A stretch of DNA of 64,000 nucleotides from Epiperipatus broadwayi (Eukaryota > Animalia > Onychophora). The translations under genes were made by a program, and so were the position numbers. Location of the stretch: contig JAQFVV010000001.1 in NCBI GenBank assembly GCA_028023455.1, forward strand, positions 7,068,001 through 7,132,000, written 5' to 3'. Shown here piece after piece: positions 11,850 to 25,000 of the stretch; the stretch's first letter is position 1, and each line of letters opens with the position of its first letter. The notes under the pieces are model-generated. The model saw nothing but the letters and a program-made list of their open reading frames with translations. It had not been told where the DNA came from and did no database searches.

Positions 11850-13550
11850 TAAGCAATCAGTTGGTTACATTAAAGAAAGTTGATTCCAGTATTAAAATTA
11901 TAATCAGAAATCTGAATCAGATGAATACCTACCTAATCAGAACAATAATAAGGGATTTTTGACAAAAAATATTGTTAATGACTTTCAAAATAAACTACTG
12001 GCAAATTCTGCTAAAAAAGCTTGCTCAAATTGCAATAGGCAGCAATATTCCTATACTGAATGTCTATATAAATATACAGTTTGCTGATAGTGTAATTGTG
12101 TCAGACTTATAGAACTGCTTGCTTAAAAAAGAAGAAGCAACAAAATAGCCAGAAAAGAATGAAAGAGTTTATTCTAAAAAAATTAGAAGAATGAAGGGAA
12201 TTTTCAGTGTAAAAGGCTTGGAAGACTTGGATTTAACTCTGAACATGCTAATTACTATTAATGCCATGCCATTATTAATGGAACTGTATACCAGATCTTC
12301 AGAATCCACATACGTAGACTGTCTTTAATAAAAAAATAATCATGACTGGAATCTAGCAGTAAAATAATTACAAATTATTAAGGTAAGCAAATTCATTTAA
12401 CTAACTGAAACAAGAGTAATGATTATGATGCCAACAAAAACATTATATTTCCTTTTTGTCGTAATTCCAGGAGAGCTCAGTATTCTATTTGATTATCGTC
12501 GGTTCATCATTTAGATTAAGCTCTGATTAAAATGATGCAAATCATAAAAATGGACTAACTGGAAGAATTTATTTAATAAATTGGGCTGGTATTTAAGAAT
12601 GCTTTTCCACAAAGAACCAAATGATAAAATCGAATTTAAATAATCAATCTATTAAACTAGATTTTGAAATAAAAACACATATAAGACAATAATCTGTTAC
12701 CTGATAAACTATTTATGGCACAGATTTCAGAAACTAATTAAATGAATCCAACTGGATTTCCAAATAAAAAAACTAGAAGAACTGTATCTGGTTTACCGGA
12801 TGTATAAGCAGTAGTTATCTTTTTAAAATCTTCATGTTGTCTGTTGGCCAAGGGTTGTGATTCCCCCAGATGATAACTCTCGAGTACTAAAAGATTTATG
12901 TAGTGATTGTTCAGGGATCAGGCAAATTAAAATAATCTATATCCTATGTTTGGTATCCTAACTTAGAAGCTGATGTCAAGTGTAAAACTAACCAATGCTA
13001 GAACTGTATCATATAACCAAATGTGCCAACAAAAGGTAAGACAAGGCATTAATCAACAATATAATGAAATATACACGGATGAAAATGATCAAAAATGAAT
13101 ATGTACCTGCCTAGTACATTATTTGTTTTATGGACTTCCAAATAGGTTTCAGGAACATTTTACAAAGAGATTGCATACAGAGGTTGTCCAAACCTAAATA
13201 AACAACAACCCTACAGAGATCTGTCAGGACATGATTATAAACTTCTATGCAGCAATTAAGAACTCACTAGATTAGACCAAATAATATTGAATCAGTGTGA
13301 AGGCAGCCTAGATGTACATAAGCTTATTTAAAAATTATGTAGTCTAAAGCTAACTTTCATGTGATTGAGAAATTGTTGAGGATTCTTCTTAAGCTTAGCT
13401 TTATTAATTGATCTGTTCAAATTATAGAATTTCCTCAACCAGATTATGAGTACATTACAGCTGACCAATGCAACAACAATAATGTATATAAATAACCAGT
13501 GGAACAAACGATCAATCATATAATGAGATCAGTAAATTTGATTATATATC
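11850..13550 (+). mobile_element. Heavily degraded Ty3/Gypsy (Mag-like) internal region
   Basis: Gag knuckle-like CSNCNRQQYSYTEC (~12025), protease-end-like FVVIPGELSILF (~12450), integrase zinc-domain SYVWYPNLEADVKCK..C (~12940), FYGLP (~13130). No LTRs recognised. Confidence 0.55.
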
Positions 13551-14227
13551 AATAAATTAAAGTCCATTTGAAATGCAAACAGACGATCTTAGTATATCAC
13601 AGTAAGAACAGACAGAGATCTGGAATTATTTTGATCATAATACATAGTATTCACTATTTTTTAGAATGCTGTCAAACACACTTGGGCTTGGAATGGGAAA
13701 TTGCTATTGACAAATATTATCATACCTTTCACAAGGCAAATCACCGTGGATGGAGATGTCAGGTTTTATTAGAAGTCACAAGATTAAAAAAAAACCTGCT
13801 GGTTGTTATTGCAAATTCTTTTAACTGTTTTAAATATATTATTACTGATAATAGATGCATATTTTGGTGCTATTTTATGTGTATATTATTTAGTTATCAA
13901 TTGGAAAACAAATATAAACATAACAGTTTTCAATTATAATATGTTTATATATTTGTTTTTACATTTGCAATATGCATTTTAATTATACTTTATTCTATGA
14001 AGAAATTGGATAAGTTGTGATTGGTCATGTTTTGACTAATCATTAAAATTTTTAAATAATCTTGTTTAATATTACTGAAATGCAAGTGTAAAATTTGGTT
14101 GTGTGAAAATGTTTGTGAATAGATTATTAAAGGCAAATAATTTATTTTTTTAAATTGATTTTTTACTGGGAAAATGTTTATTTGTTGAAAGAACTTATAT
14201 GTGTATTTTTTTTTAAACTTTGTTTAG

Positions 14228-14337
14228 TCTTGGCGAGGGATATGGCAAGGTAATGATATTGTTGCAAAAATTTTAACATTGAGAGAAATAACACCAAGAG
14301 TATCAAGAGACTTTAATGAAGAATATCCGAGACTAAG
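14228..14337 (+). CDS. Ilk: Integrin-linked kinase, internal exon ([37 protein letters not shown])
   Basis: AG/GT boundaries; 110 nt, phase 0 to 2; contains the K220-equivalent lysine and SRDFNEE. Confidence 0.97.
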
Positions 14338-15134
14338 GTTTTTATATATATTTATATATTTGTGTGTCTCTATGTCTATATATATATTGAATGTTTGTGC
14401 ATCAAAAATGTACACATAAATAAATTAAACACATTAGTCACATACTAAAATAAGCAGTTGAAGTGTTTGTCTTGTTCCTGTATGCCATTAATATTTAGTT
14501 TTGGAGTTGTAATAATCCAATAATTTGATAAGAATTTGTAACATTAGCAGTGTAGATACTACTACATAAGATTTTGTTTTAATAAATAGTGTTAACTTAT
14601 ACAAGTATAAACTATCAAACATCACATGATGTATGGAGAGTTTTGCCTCTATGTTATACAAGTATACACATATATAAAGGTGATGAGATCTATAAATTTT
14701 TGTGGATCATCAGATAAGATATCTTGCAACTAACTTTTGTAAAAATATTAGATAGTCATTTAACCTGTAATAATTTCTGGATGATTAATGATATGTTTTA
14801 TTCAAAATAAAACTAACTTGAAAAATTGTTTTAACAATAAATGAAATAATAATAAATATTTAATCTTTATTAAATTTTATACAAGATTTTCAATTATTAA
14901 ACTTGATTGACCAGCTAATTTCTGATGAAAATTAATCCTTGATGGAATTGTTAAACATTGAGTTATACATTTAAATTCATATTCATTCTTTTTATATATA
15001 TATATAATACTGTGAAGCATTCTGAGTAGTAATAGTTTGAATAAATAATAAGTATGTCACTCTAATATTAATAATTAACATTTTCTGTAAATCAGTTTCT
15101 ATAGTTTTTTTTTTATTTGTTTCTTTTAAAATAG

Positions 15135-15256
15135 AATTTTTTCTCACCCCAATATTCTTCCTGTTGTTGGCTGTTCTAATCATCCTCCGAATCTCATAGT
15201 AGTCAATCAACATATGCCTTTTGGATCTTTATATAATATACTACATGAAGGCACAG
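15135..15256 (+). CDS. Ilk: Integrin-linked kinase, internal exon ([40 protein letters not shown])
   Basis: AG/GT boundaries; 122 nt, phase 2 to 1; near-identical to ILK IFSHPN...GSLYNVLHEGT. Confidence 0.97.
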
Positions 15257-15839
15257 GTAATTTATTTATTTCTAATAGCCTTTAATCAGTATATTGATAG
15301 ATAGATGAATGGATAGATATCGATTGCCATAATAGATTAATATATATTAATTATAGATATTGGTTTGTAGTATTATTATCACTGAAAATGATTCTCATAT
15401 TTATTTTTTTAGAATATGTAAAAACACTTGTTTTTTGTTTATTTATATTTTTGATATGTAATCTTCTAAAATTATACTATTTATCAAAATGAAAAATATA
15501 TGTATATAGTTTTTGTTGTTAGATATTTTGTGTATATATATAAAACTAAAGAAATATTGTAATTCAATATTAGAATAAAACTCCTATTAAATGTGACTTT
15601 TTAAATTAAATTTGAAATAGTATAATTTTAAAATGTTATTATGTTTATATAAATTAATATTTATTTTCCATTCTAAAGATTTCTCACCTTGTCAGATAAA
15701 TAAAAAAGCATAACTCTAACATTTATGTAGGAAACCAAAATACAAGTCAATAGTCAACTCAAGCATTAAAACTTCTCAATTTAAGATGCAGATGCTTTAA
15801 AGGCTTAGATCCAAACCAAAATGAATGCAGTCATTTTGA

Positions 15840-17160
15840 GTTGCTTTGCATTATAAAAATTCTAAGAATAGAAAGTTGTCATATGACTGCCTAAGCAATA
15901 CAATGAGCAACTGAAATCATAAACTGTATCCCTAGAGATTGTAAGAGACTTGGAAAAAATGGTACAAAAAGTGAATGAAGAGATAAGGAAATTTTCTGGA
16001 GTGATTTTATTTATTTATTTATTAATTTATGGATTTTGTTTATTTAGAAAACTTAGCTAACCAGAAGATAAATTCTCTATTAATGTGATTAAGTTATTCA
16101 ATTCTACCACTTAATTAATCTGTAAATTTGACATTTGCTGTGATTCATGGTTTGTATTTAATTATATCTACAAAAATCAATAATTTTTAAATTTTATATA
16201 TTATAAACAAATAAGAGCAATAATTTATAAATTGTCCTGAATCTATGGATTTCACTTGTATCTAGGAAGATCAAATCCAGTGAGCTTTATTGCTAAATCT
16301 GGAAAAAATAAATTCGTTTGTGGAATCTCATAAGAAGTCCATTTTCATTCTATGATTTTTTGTTTATTGAAGAGAATTGAATATCCTGAAAGGCATTTTC
16401 AATTTGAGGGGGCATATGTAGATAAAACTATAACTTAAGTTATTGGCAGATCTTATCTACTTAATAGTTTTTTATAAATTTCCTGTGAGGCAACTTCGCA
16501 TCTATTTTCTGATATCTGATGAGATATATGAAGAAAAACAGATGTCACTGCAAAGGAGTAGATGTGATTATCCCAATAATATTTCTTATGATAATTAAAT
16601 ATCAAAAAGTTCAATATAAGTACTTTTTCTCCAAACTATGAGAGACACAGTATTCACCAATAAAATATGCTAGTGCTAGGGAAATTATCCATAAATTATT
16701 TGCATTACAATTTCAAGCAGCACCGGACAGCTTTCTAAAAAGATTATGCCTAGAAATATTAGATAAGTGAGAATAAATTGGCTTCATTCCAATATTACTC
16801 CTAAGTTGCGCAGTGTAAGTTGTGCTCTAATTGAATGCTGCAAAAGATTATATTTAGATTACAAGATGTTTCCTGTTAAGATGAGCATACTGCATTTGTT
16901 GAGTTATTATAAGATCTTATTCTAAGAAAAAGATTTCAAAACTTAATATTTTTATTAACAAGAATGTTTCTATTTCTGGAATGGATTTCTTTTATGAAGT
17001 CAGAGTAAGTGCATCAGCCTAGATGATTTCATGCATTTTGTACTATAACTTATCATTTAGTGTCACTTTTTCTATTGCAGAACATTTTGTTAACTAAATT
17101 AATGTTTTTCCTGCATTTAAAGATTTTAAAAAACAAGACTATTTTCCCAAGCAGAATCCT
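15840..17160 (+). mobile_element. Degenerate hAT-type (DUF4371/ZMYM1-like) transposase relic
   Basis: EIINCI..LEIVRDL..KFSGVI near 15900-16010 (~IQNEII...FSxIxDE) and FSVTFSIAEHF near 17055 (~PVTVASAERSF of the hAT dimerisation domain). Many stops. Confidence 0.35.
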
Positions 17161-19407
17161 AAACTAAGATTAGATCAATAAAGATAGTGCCAGTTTTTAA
17201 ATTATTTTGAAATCCCATTTCAATGTTAATTGATAAAAATAAAATGTTCACATCAGTTGCCTACTCTATCATGTTTTATAAATAAATGGCTTTCAACTAT
17301 TGGCAATCTTTTTGTTAACATGATTCTTTAAAATAGCTTATGAGGAACACGTAATAATGATATTGGATTTTTGGATTATTAAGTTAATTTAGTTGTAAGA
17401 TTATTATACTTGTGCTTTTATGCCTTATTTTGAAAATAATATTTGTATGACTAATGTTACTGAATGAAAAAATTTTGCCAATCCTGCTTTTATTTTAAGT
17501 CCTTTTTTTTTTTTTAAGACACTCTGAAAGTAGTTATCTACTTCTGGAGACCATTTTTGTTTAAGATAGTTAAGAAAAAGCTCAAGTTTATCAATAATTA
17601 CGGCTTTTGCTAGATTGCTATTAGAGGATCATTGAAAAATTTGCAGTTCTGTTGGAATAATATAAAAAGAAGTCATGGATTGGAGAAAGTCAAAACTGTA
17701 TTAAGCTTGCAGAGATGTTCATTCTACAGTAGATTGATAGTAGTTGAAGATTCCAATTCTTAATTTGCATGATCAATGAGGTTTTTTATTATATATCACC
17801 AGCATTTAGTCTAGAAGAATATGCAGAAGCAGTTTAAAAATAGGCTCATTTAATTAATCTGTCTTGGAAAATAGATGCTAGAAGGTTATGTATTTTAATC
17901 CCTATCTAATATAAGCATAAGAAAAAGGTGATGGTAAGAAGATTTATTAAACTGAATAAATGAATTAATTAAAACTATGTAAACGCAGTTTATCAAAATA
18001 GATTCTTATTTTGTACTTCAGCTATTTCCATATATTGCAAGTATTTGCTTGGTCTGGGCTATAAAATTATTTTCCTTTAATAGTATAAATATTAAGACTA
18101 ATATAAAATTAGAAGATTTAACATGGATGTAATTGTTGCTGTTTGTCTTTTATGATGGAATTTAAAAATAATGTCAAACTATAATTTATTTTGAAGATAT
18201 AATTTGATATTATTTAACAGATTTATGCTATAGAGGCACTATAAAAATTTGCATTATTATAAAAATAATGTAGGTAATAATTATTTATAATTGTATCATA
18301 TATTATTGTAATAATTCAGGGGTAAGTGCTTGTTACCGGTTGGAATTCTCATTAAAATTTGGGCTCAGGTGAGCTGACTATCAGTTGAATATATTAAAAG
18401 AATTTATGATAAACATAAAATAGCTTAACGAGTGAGAACAATTAACAGTAATATTTATTATACCACTATAAAGAGAATAGACATCAACTTAGAATAAAAT
18501 CTAGAACTTGGACAACTATCAATATACAATACCATATTATGACATTGTACACAATTCTTATCTTTTACTCGACGTTTCTTTAAAAACCATAAAAAGTCTC
18601 TGCGACCTGCATTTGAACCCTAAATCTATTTCTTAACCTACAGGATAGTAATTGGTGAATTCCCTTATTGATGTATTCTGGTATGTCTTTTTATACTTAC
18701 AGTTCTCTAGAGTGTAATGTCATTGGGGAAGCTAAGTAATTTATTATCTGGCATAGGAATCTTATGCCGCATTATTTTTATTGCAGTTGGCTTAAAATAG
18801 CAACTTTAATATTTTAGTTAGGGACACTTTTTAATTACTGTGATTTAATCAGTGAAGTATTGAATAGCTTCACGCTCTCAGATCTAACTGCTTCAGCTTC
18901 ACCTATTTATATAGAAAGTAGCTTGAAGTAAAGAAGGGTTCCCTTCTTTTCTTCCAATGCATAAGCTTGTGGTTAAGACCTGTAGAGGTCCCTACCTTCG
19001 CATTTTCAACCGCACATGCTTTAGGTTTATTGCCTTAATAAATATTATTTCCTTATTTTAGATTATTTTTTAATTATTTTTTACAAATAAAAATAAAAAA
19101 GCATATTCAGTATTTAACAAATTATATGTTTAGTACAACTACCAGACATAACAATTAATTTGTTCATAAAAGAAATGAAACATTTAGATATATATAAGTA
19201 AATTTTGACCCATATTTAAAAAATGTTTTTCAAAATAAAAAGTTTGTATGGAATGCCACCTGCAAGATAAATTTTCTAAGCCATTGCAAAAGTTTTTGTG
19301 ATTGTCTTAAATTTTAATATGATAGTATAAAATCATATTGCAAAAAATGATCTTGGCTCATTGATTCAATTGGTATTATTAATAATGATCAATATTGTAA
19401 TACATAT

Positions 19408-19947
19408 TGTGACAGTAGCTGATAATTATCAAACCTGCATCACAAGTTTTGGTCAGCTAGTACTGTATTCAAGTGTTAGTTGACTCATAAAATGTAAGGG
19501 TATAAATATAATTTAAAAACCAAAAGGGACATTAGTGGTCAATATACACACATATCTCATTGCCATATAGGCAGTAGAATGTGCATAAAGCAATTGTTTA
19601 TTTTATTTTTTTTTTTTTGTAATATTAACTTTAATCAATTTTCTTTAATGTATTTTATAATTTTTTTTTGTTTTTCAGTAAGGATCATGTAGAGCATCTT
19701 TCTAAGAAAGTGGCGCTTAAAGCTTTTGGGCTTTATAAAATGCTCTTCTTTGGCTAAGCTTGGCTGACCCTGGCGATGGTTATCCAAAAAAAGAGGATTA
19801 AGAAATATAACTGATAGCTGTCAATTTAATTCCCTTTTTAATAATAATAATTAATGAAAATAATTATTTCACTTTGCCTTATCTGCTATTTGAGTTACCA
19901 GGTTTGAACTCAGTAGTGATGGGTAGAGTAGTTCCATTATAATAACA
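19408..19947 (+). repeat. 5' LTR
   Basis: TG...CA ends; colinear with 22401-22910; contains a TATA-like gggctttataaaatg. Confidence 0.8.
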
Positions 19948-20569
19948 AATGGTGCGCAATGTGTATGAATACAAAAAGAAAGGATAGCTATGGCAATATA
20001 TATGGATATTAAATGTGTGAAGTCATTAATAAATTAAACACAATGTATTGCATAAGAAAGTAAAGATAGCTTGTGCAATAAATAAATAAATGCAGGAAAG
20101 TAGAGTATAAACAAACTTTGGATATGGTTAGAAATATTTAATTTTATTTATTAAGTTAAGATACATACTATCAGCGTGTATATAAATTATGTATACTGAT
20201 GAGAAAAACAAATTGGAGTGAGAAAATATTAGTACCGAGACAATACATGTGTTAGGCAGCTAAAATAAAAATACAGATAAAAGATTTTTAATATCAATAG
20301 ATAGATGATTTTGGAAAAAAAAGAAGGATTTATAGAAAGTGCAGGCAGGGTATGATATAGTATAGTGTCATAGTGATTCGGAAAGGAAGGTCTGGTGACC
20401 TGGTTTAATGTACTGTTAAATAATACAAAGTCTAAAATAATAATGTATAACATTTATATATAGAAATAAAGATAATCTATGACAATCTAGTTAAAAGATA
20501 GAAATTAAATTTTAGAAACTTAATATAAATAATAACATATATAAAGAAGTAACATTTTGGATACATCAA

Positions 20570-21344
20570 ATGTTAGCGAGATCTCAATCAAAAATAATGG
20601 AGGAAAATCAGAATCAATCTGAAAATTCTGATAATGCTAAAATAGAGCAAGTAAAGGTACAAGAGTTTATACACCCAATGTTACCAGAGCAAAAAGATCA
20701 AGAGCCAGATCAGACAGTGGAACGAATGGTAGATGAGATATCAAGTACATTCAACATGAAAATGTTGTGTGCTTTATGGATAGAAAACTGCAAAATATGC
20801 AGCACAATATTAACCAAGATATAAGGGATACAAAAGAGATATTACAAAATATGGAACAAAAGATGAATGGAAAATACCAAAATTTACAGCAAAGTATGGA
20901 AAAAAGGCTCTGTAATATAGAAAATATATATCTAAAGTCTGAAAAAGTCACAAAAAACCAAGAAAGCATTAACATAAAATTGAAAAAGGTGGAGGAAAAC
21001 CAACAAAGCAAAATTGAGGTGAAAAGCAACAAAGAATGAGTATAGAAGTCTTAATTATTGAACAGCAGCCAAAATTAGAGGTAAAGCATCTGACTAGTGA
21101 AAAGGTACAATAGAATGAGAAAAGACTAATAGATGTACAACAAGGCATTAAGCTGCAAAATGTGGATAATATGCTGCAGAAAAATGTGGAAAAATCAGTT
21201 ATAAAATTACAAATGGTTAAAGTGGTAAGAGTTGAACAAATAGAATTCACAAATCTGAACATACAGAAAATTGAATGTGAAATGGAAAGGGAAATTCTTA
21301 AAACAATAGTTTTAGAAAGGATGGAATCAAGAATAGTAGTTTAA
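20570..21344 (+). pseudogene. Frameshifted gag-like coiled-coil ORF of the LTR element
   Basis: ORFs 20570-20824, 20767-21039 and 21162-21344 are Q/E/K/N-rich heptad-like sequence directly downstream of the PBS. Confidence 0.65.
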
Positions 21345-22400
21345 AATGTTATTATAGCAAAGAAAAGAAGTAAAGTTACAGGAAAAAAACAATATTTATT
21401 TCAATGGGAGAAAGTGAATAGTAACCACGCAACAGATAAAAAAAAATTTCTTGTCATCCCAAATAATGACACTTCCAGTAATAAAAAAATACTTGGAGAG
21501 AAGGGAAGATTTGATATCGGTATAAATAAGGAAAGCCAACTTTCATTACTGACTCAGGATGTGTTAAATGAACCAATGTTTTATTAGAAATACATTTGAT
21601 ATTACCTATTCAGATAGAATAATTTAGAATATATATATATTTTTGTAACCAAAAAGGTTAATAAAAATAGCAACTTGCATGCAGATGTCATCTAAAAATT
21701 GAAAAAAAAAAACCAAGTAGGATATATTGGTGATTAATCAGATAGCAGTTAATCACTCATAAATTAAAAGAGCTATAGTACAACTTAGAGGTTTTCTGGA
21801 TGTTTAGGCTTGGGTTTGGTTGAATCAGATATACTGTTAACATGTTATAGTAGGGAATAAAGGAAAACCTTAGAGTTGGTTAGATATCTTGTAATCTGGA
21901 TGTTGGCAGTGCTATTGCAAGTTTTGTACCCATTGCATTGAGTCCATATAATTACCCACATAATCTAAAGTGATCATGTGCTCATGTAAGAACTAGAAAG
22001 GTTGACATGATATAGAGCTTTTGATGAAAAAGGAATATAATTTATCTTGTTTGATGCTAAATGAACCTTGCTCAGATTATCTATGAGCAGGATTTGAATC
22101 TATTTAGTGAGGATGTGGAAACATATAAGACTTTACTGAATAGTGATCATTCGAGTTCATATGAATTGATTATCTTTGGGATGTTTTTTTGTTCAGTTTG
22201 AAGTAATGGTTAGGTGATTGATTGGAATGCAGCCTAATAGATAAACTTTCCAGAACTCTAAACAAGTTTCCAGAATTTGCTCCATTCAAGATAACTCATG
22301 ATAAAGCTGGGGAATCTTGAAGAAAGATCATTTACATTGATAGTGAAGACCATGAAAATGGTTATCACGCATTTTAGGCCATCATCGAAGAAGAGGATAT

Positions 22401-22910
22401 TATGATGGTAATTGATGATTAACAAACCCCAATTGCAAGGTTTGTTCAGCTAGCACTGTATTCAAGGGTTAGTTGATTCATAAAATGTAAGAGTGTAAAT
22501 ATAATTTAAAAACCAAAAAGGACATTTGTGGGTAATTTATACATACACACATTATATTGCCAGATAGGTCGTAGAATATGTGCATATTAACAATTATTTT
22601 TTTATTTGTAATATTAATTTTAATAAATTTTCTTTAATGCATTTTATATATTTTTTGTCTTTCAATAAGGGTCTTGTAGGGCATCTTTCTAGGAAAGTGA
22701 CGCTTAAAGCTTTTGGGCTTTATAAAATGCTCTATTTTGGCTAAGCTTGACTGACCCTTTCAAATAAGAGGATTAGGAAATATAACTGATAGCTGTAAGT
22801 TTAATCCTCTTTAATAATAATAATAATAATAATTAATGAAATTATTTATTTCACTCTGCCTTATTTGCTAGTTGAGTTCAGTAGTGATGGGTAAGATAGT
22901 TCCTGTTACT
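22401..22910 (+). repeat. 3' LTR
   Basis: Preceded by a polypurine tract; colinear with 19408-19947. Confidence 0.8.
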
Positions 22911-23268
22911 ATATATAAACACAGAATATAGATAATTATATGAAACAATACACCATTTGTAGATCTGTTGTGCATGCTTGAACTAGGTGCTATAATTCCA
23001 ATTCCCTTGTCAGCTCCAGAATTTTCATCAATATCCAAGGTCTTGTGATAAATCATCAGCTTCAATAAAGCCCCAATAATTCTTACATGATCCAGTAGCA
23101 ACGGTCTCATAATTTCTTATTATTTTTTCCCAAAAGAATGAAAGTTAACTATATTATTAACATTTATGGTAAACATATTGATTATTATTTGTAATATGTA
23201 TACGTACGAACACAGTGTTTAGCTTTTTTATTTAAAATTAATATTTTAAAGGTTTTTTTTTTTTCCAG

Positions 23269-23390
23269 GCATTGTCGTTGATACTGCTCAAGCTCTAAAA
23301 TTTGCTGTTGACATAGCAAGAGGCATGGCCTTTTTACATAGCCTAGAAGTATTAATTCCTAGAATATATTTAACAAGTAGACATGTTATG
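23269..23390 (+). CDS. Ilk: Integrin-linked kinase, internal exon ([41 protein letters not shown])
   Basis: tttccag acceptor and gtaagc donor; 122 nt, phase 1 to 0. ILK-type degenerate catalytic loop (no HRD). Confidence 0.97.
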
Positions 23391-24299
23391 GTAAGCAAAC
23401 TTCATACCTAATTAACAAAGAAAGAATTAGTTTTGATATTTTCTATGAAAAGTCACATTTAATTTGTAGAAGTCTACTTAGGATATTCAGTGCTATTTTT
23501 TAACAATTTCACAATGAATTGAATAAATTATAACAATCAACCCTTAAGCTATCAACAATCTCAACTTATAGTCAAGGCAACCTTCTTTAACAATAAAGAT
23601 GATACCAACTTTATATATGGTCTGATATGTTTATATGGACACTAAAAACTGCAACTTGACCAAGGAGTGTGAGAATAATAAAGCAAGAAGTTTAAACAAA
23701 CCCATTAATCTGGCAAATATAACCTATTCTGAAAGCAGATTAATAAATAATCATTTGACTTTCAAATTCCATATTAGTTTATTGTCTTAATAAATATAAT
23801 ATATTGCATGTTAGTTTGTATGAGCATATTAATCCAAGTAATATGTCCAATTCCTGTATTAACTACATAAAACTTCTTAATTATATACTCTTATTATTAT
23901 ATGATACATTTTGATTATACTTGAAAATCATCTTCAATATAGAAATTAAAAAATTTTATAGTCTGAAGGTGACTTAAATGCAGTCAAAGTATATCATATA
24001 ATAGTAAAAGAATTGGTAACTAAAAGGTGTTATGCGGCCTGATGTAGATTTTGATACATTCAAAAATATTAAAATTAAAAATTTAAAGCATTCAAAAATA
24101 TGCATTTTCTCGGTCTGTTCTAAATAAATAATCTTATTTAAAGATACAAAATTATGGTTTATTGATAATTTTTAAAAAATATATTTTAAAGAAAAAAAAA
24201 TGAAAAAATTATATACATATTGTACTGTAGGAGGTCACTTATTTAACTAATTGGAATCAAATGTTGTTTTGGAGAATTAATCTTAAAAAATTAGAATAA

Positions 24300-25000
24300 A
24301 TTATGCAAAAAAAAAAGTTTAGCAATAGTAAAATAGTATGGACATTAATCATCTGATATCTATTACTTAATCTCATTATTTTTGCCTAATTACTCATAAC
24401 ATCCTTTCAATTGGAAATTTTCAGATCATCATGTTCTGTTTCCACTCTCATCTCTTAGAATGAAATTAATTCGTCAGCATCTTTTAAATGAAATCATCTG
24501 ATATTTTAATTTAAATCTACTCTTCTTTGTTTAAAAAAAAAAATACCGTTCTTTATTTATGTATTCTGTGATATTAAAAATTAAGAATTTTGGTTTTTGA
24601 TCAGCATTCTTACAAAACATAATCAAACTGTCATAACTTCTCTAAAATAAAATATCTGTACAATTCACTTTTTTGTACATTTTTTCATCTTAAACTTTTG
24701 CATTCACCAATTCCCAATAATATTATATAATATGTCTTTTTTTAAATACCAGTAGTTTTCTCGTTGAATCTTTTGTCATTTATATTTCTTTAACTGTATA
24801 ATATGCTGGTAAATATGTATATCTCTTATAATTTGTAAAACATATTCTCACTCCGACTATTTTTAATATTTTCTTTGATATTCTATATCACTAATAATAT
24901 TATTTGGAAGATATACAAATAGTTTTCTATGTGATCTACTTCAGTTCCTTCAATTTTGTTTTTATCTCTATTAAGAATTATAATAATCATTAGAAGATTG
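24300..25000 (-). mobile_element. Degenerate RTE-like LINE fragments
   Basis: Minus-strand IIGNW/NAKV (~GDWNAKVG, ~24710), QFDYVL (~QIDYIL, ~24620) and KIEGTEVDHIENY (~24930). Fragmentary. Confidence 0.4.

Larger units (their letters stand above)
19408..22910 (+). mobile_element. Ty3/Gypsy-type LTR retrotransposon, internally deleted and degenerate, with both LTRs
   Basis: Direct repeats 19408-19947 and 22401-22910 start tgtgacag/tatgatgg and end ataaca/gttact. PBS-like tggtgcgcaatgtg at 19950; PPT gaagaagagga at 22387; ATAT on both flanks. Coiled-coil gag-like broken ORFs at 20570-21344 and pol remnants (SQLSLL, QLRGFL, SDH, SYELIIFG). Confidence 0.85.

Noticed and set aside
13568-13939. 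123-aa plus-strand ORF
   Set aside because: TTG start, no motif, and its 3' half is low-complexity AT-rich sequence; probably TE debris.
20751-21262. Hydrophobic minus-strand ORFs (93 and 97 aa)
   Set aside because: Antisense to the A-rich gag-like ORF; the F/L/I richness is a compositional artefact.
22868-23110. 80-aa minus-strand ORF with SGADKGIGII
   Set aside because: Spans the LTR end, so it is not a real gene; at most an old LINE endonuclease scrap into which the LTR element inserted.
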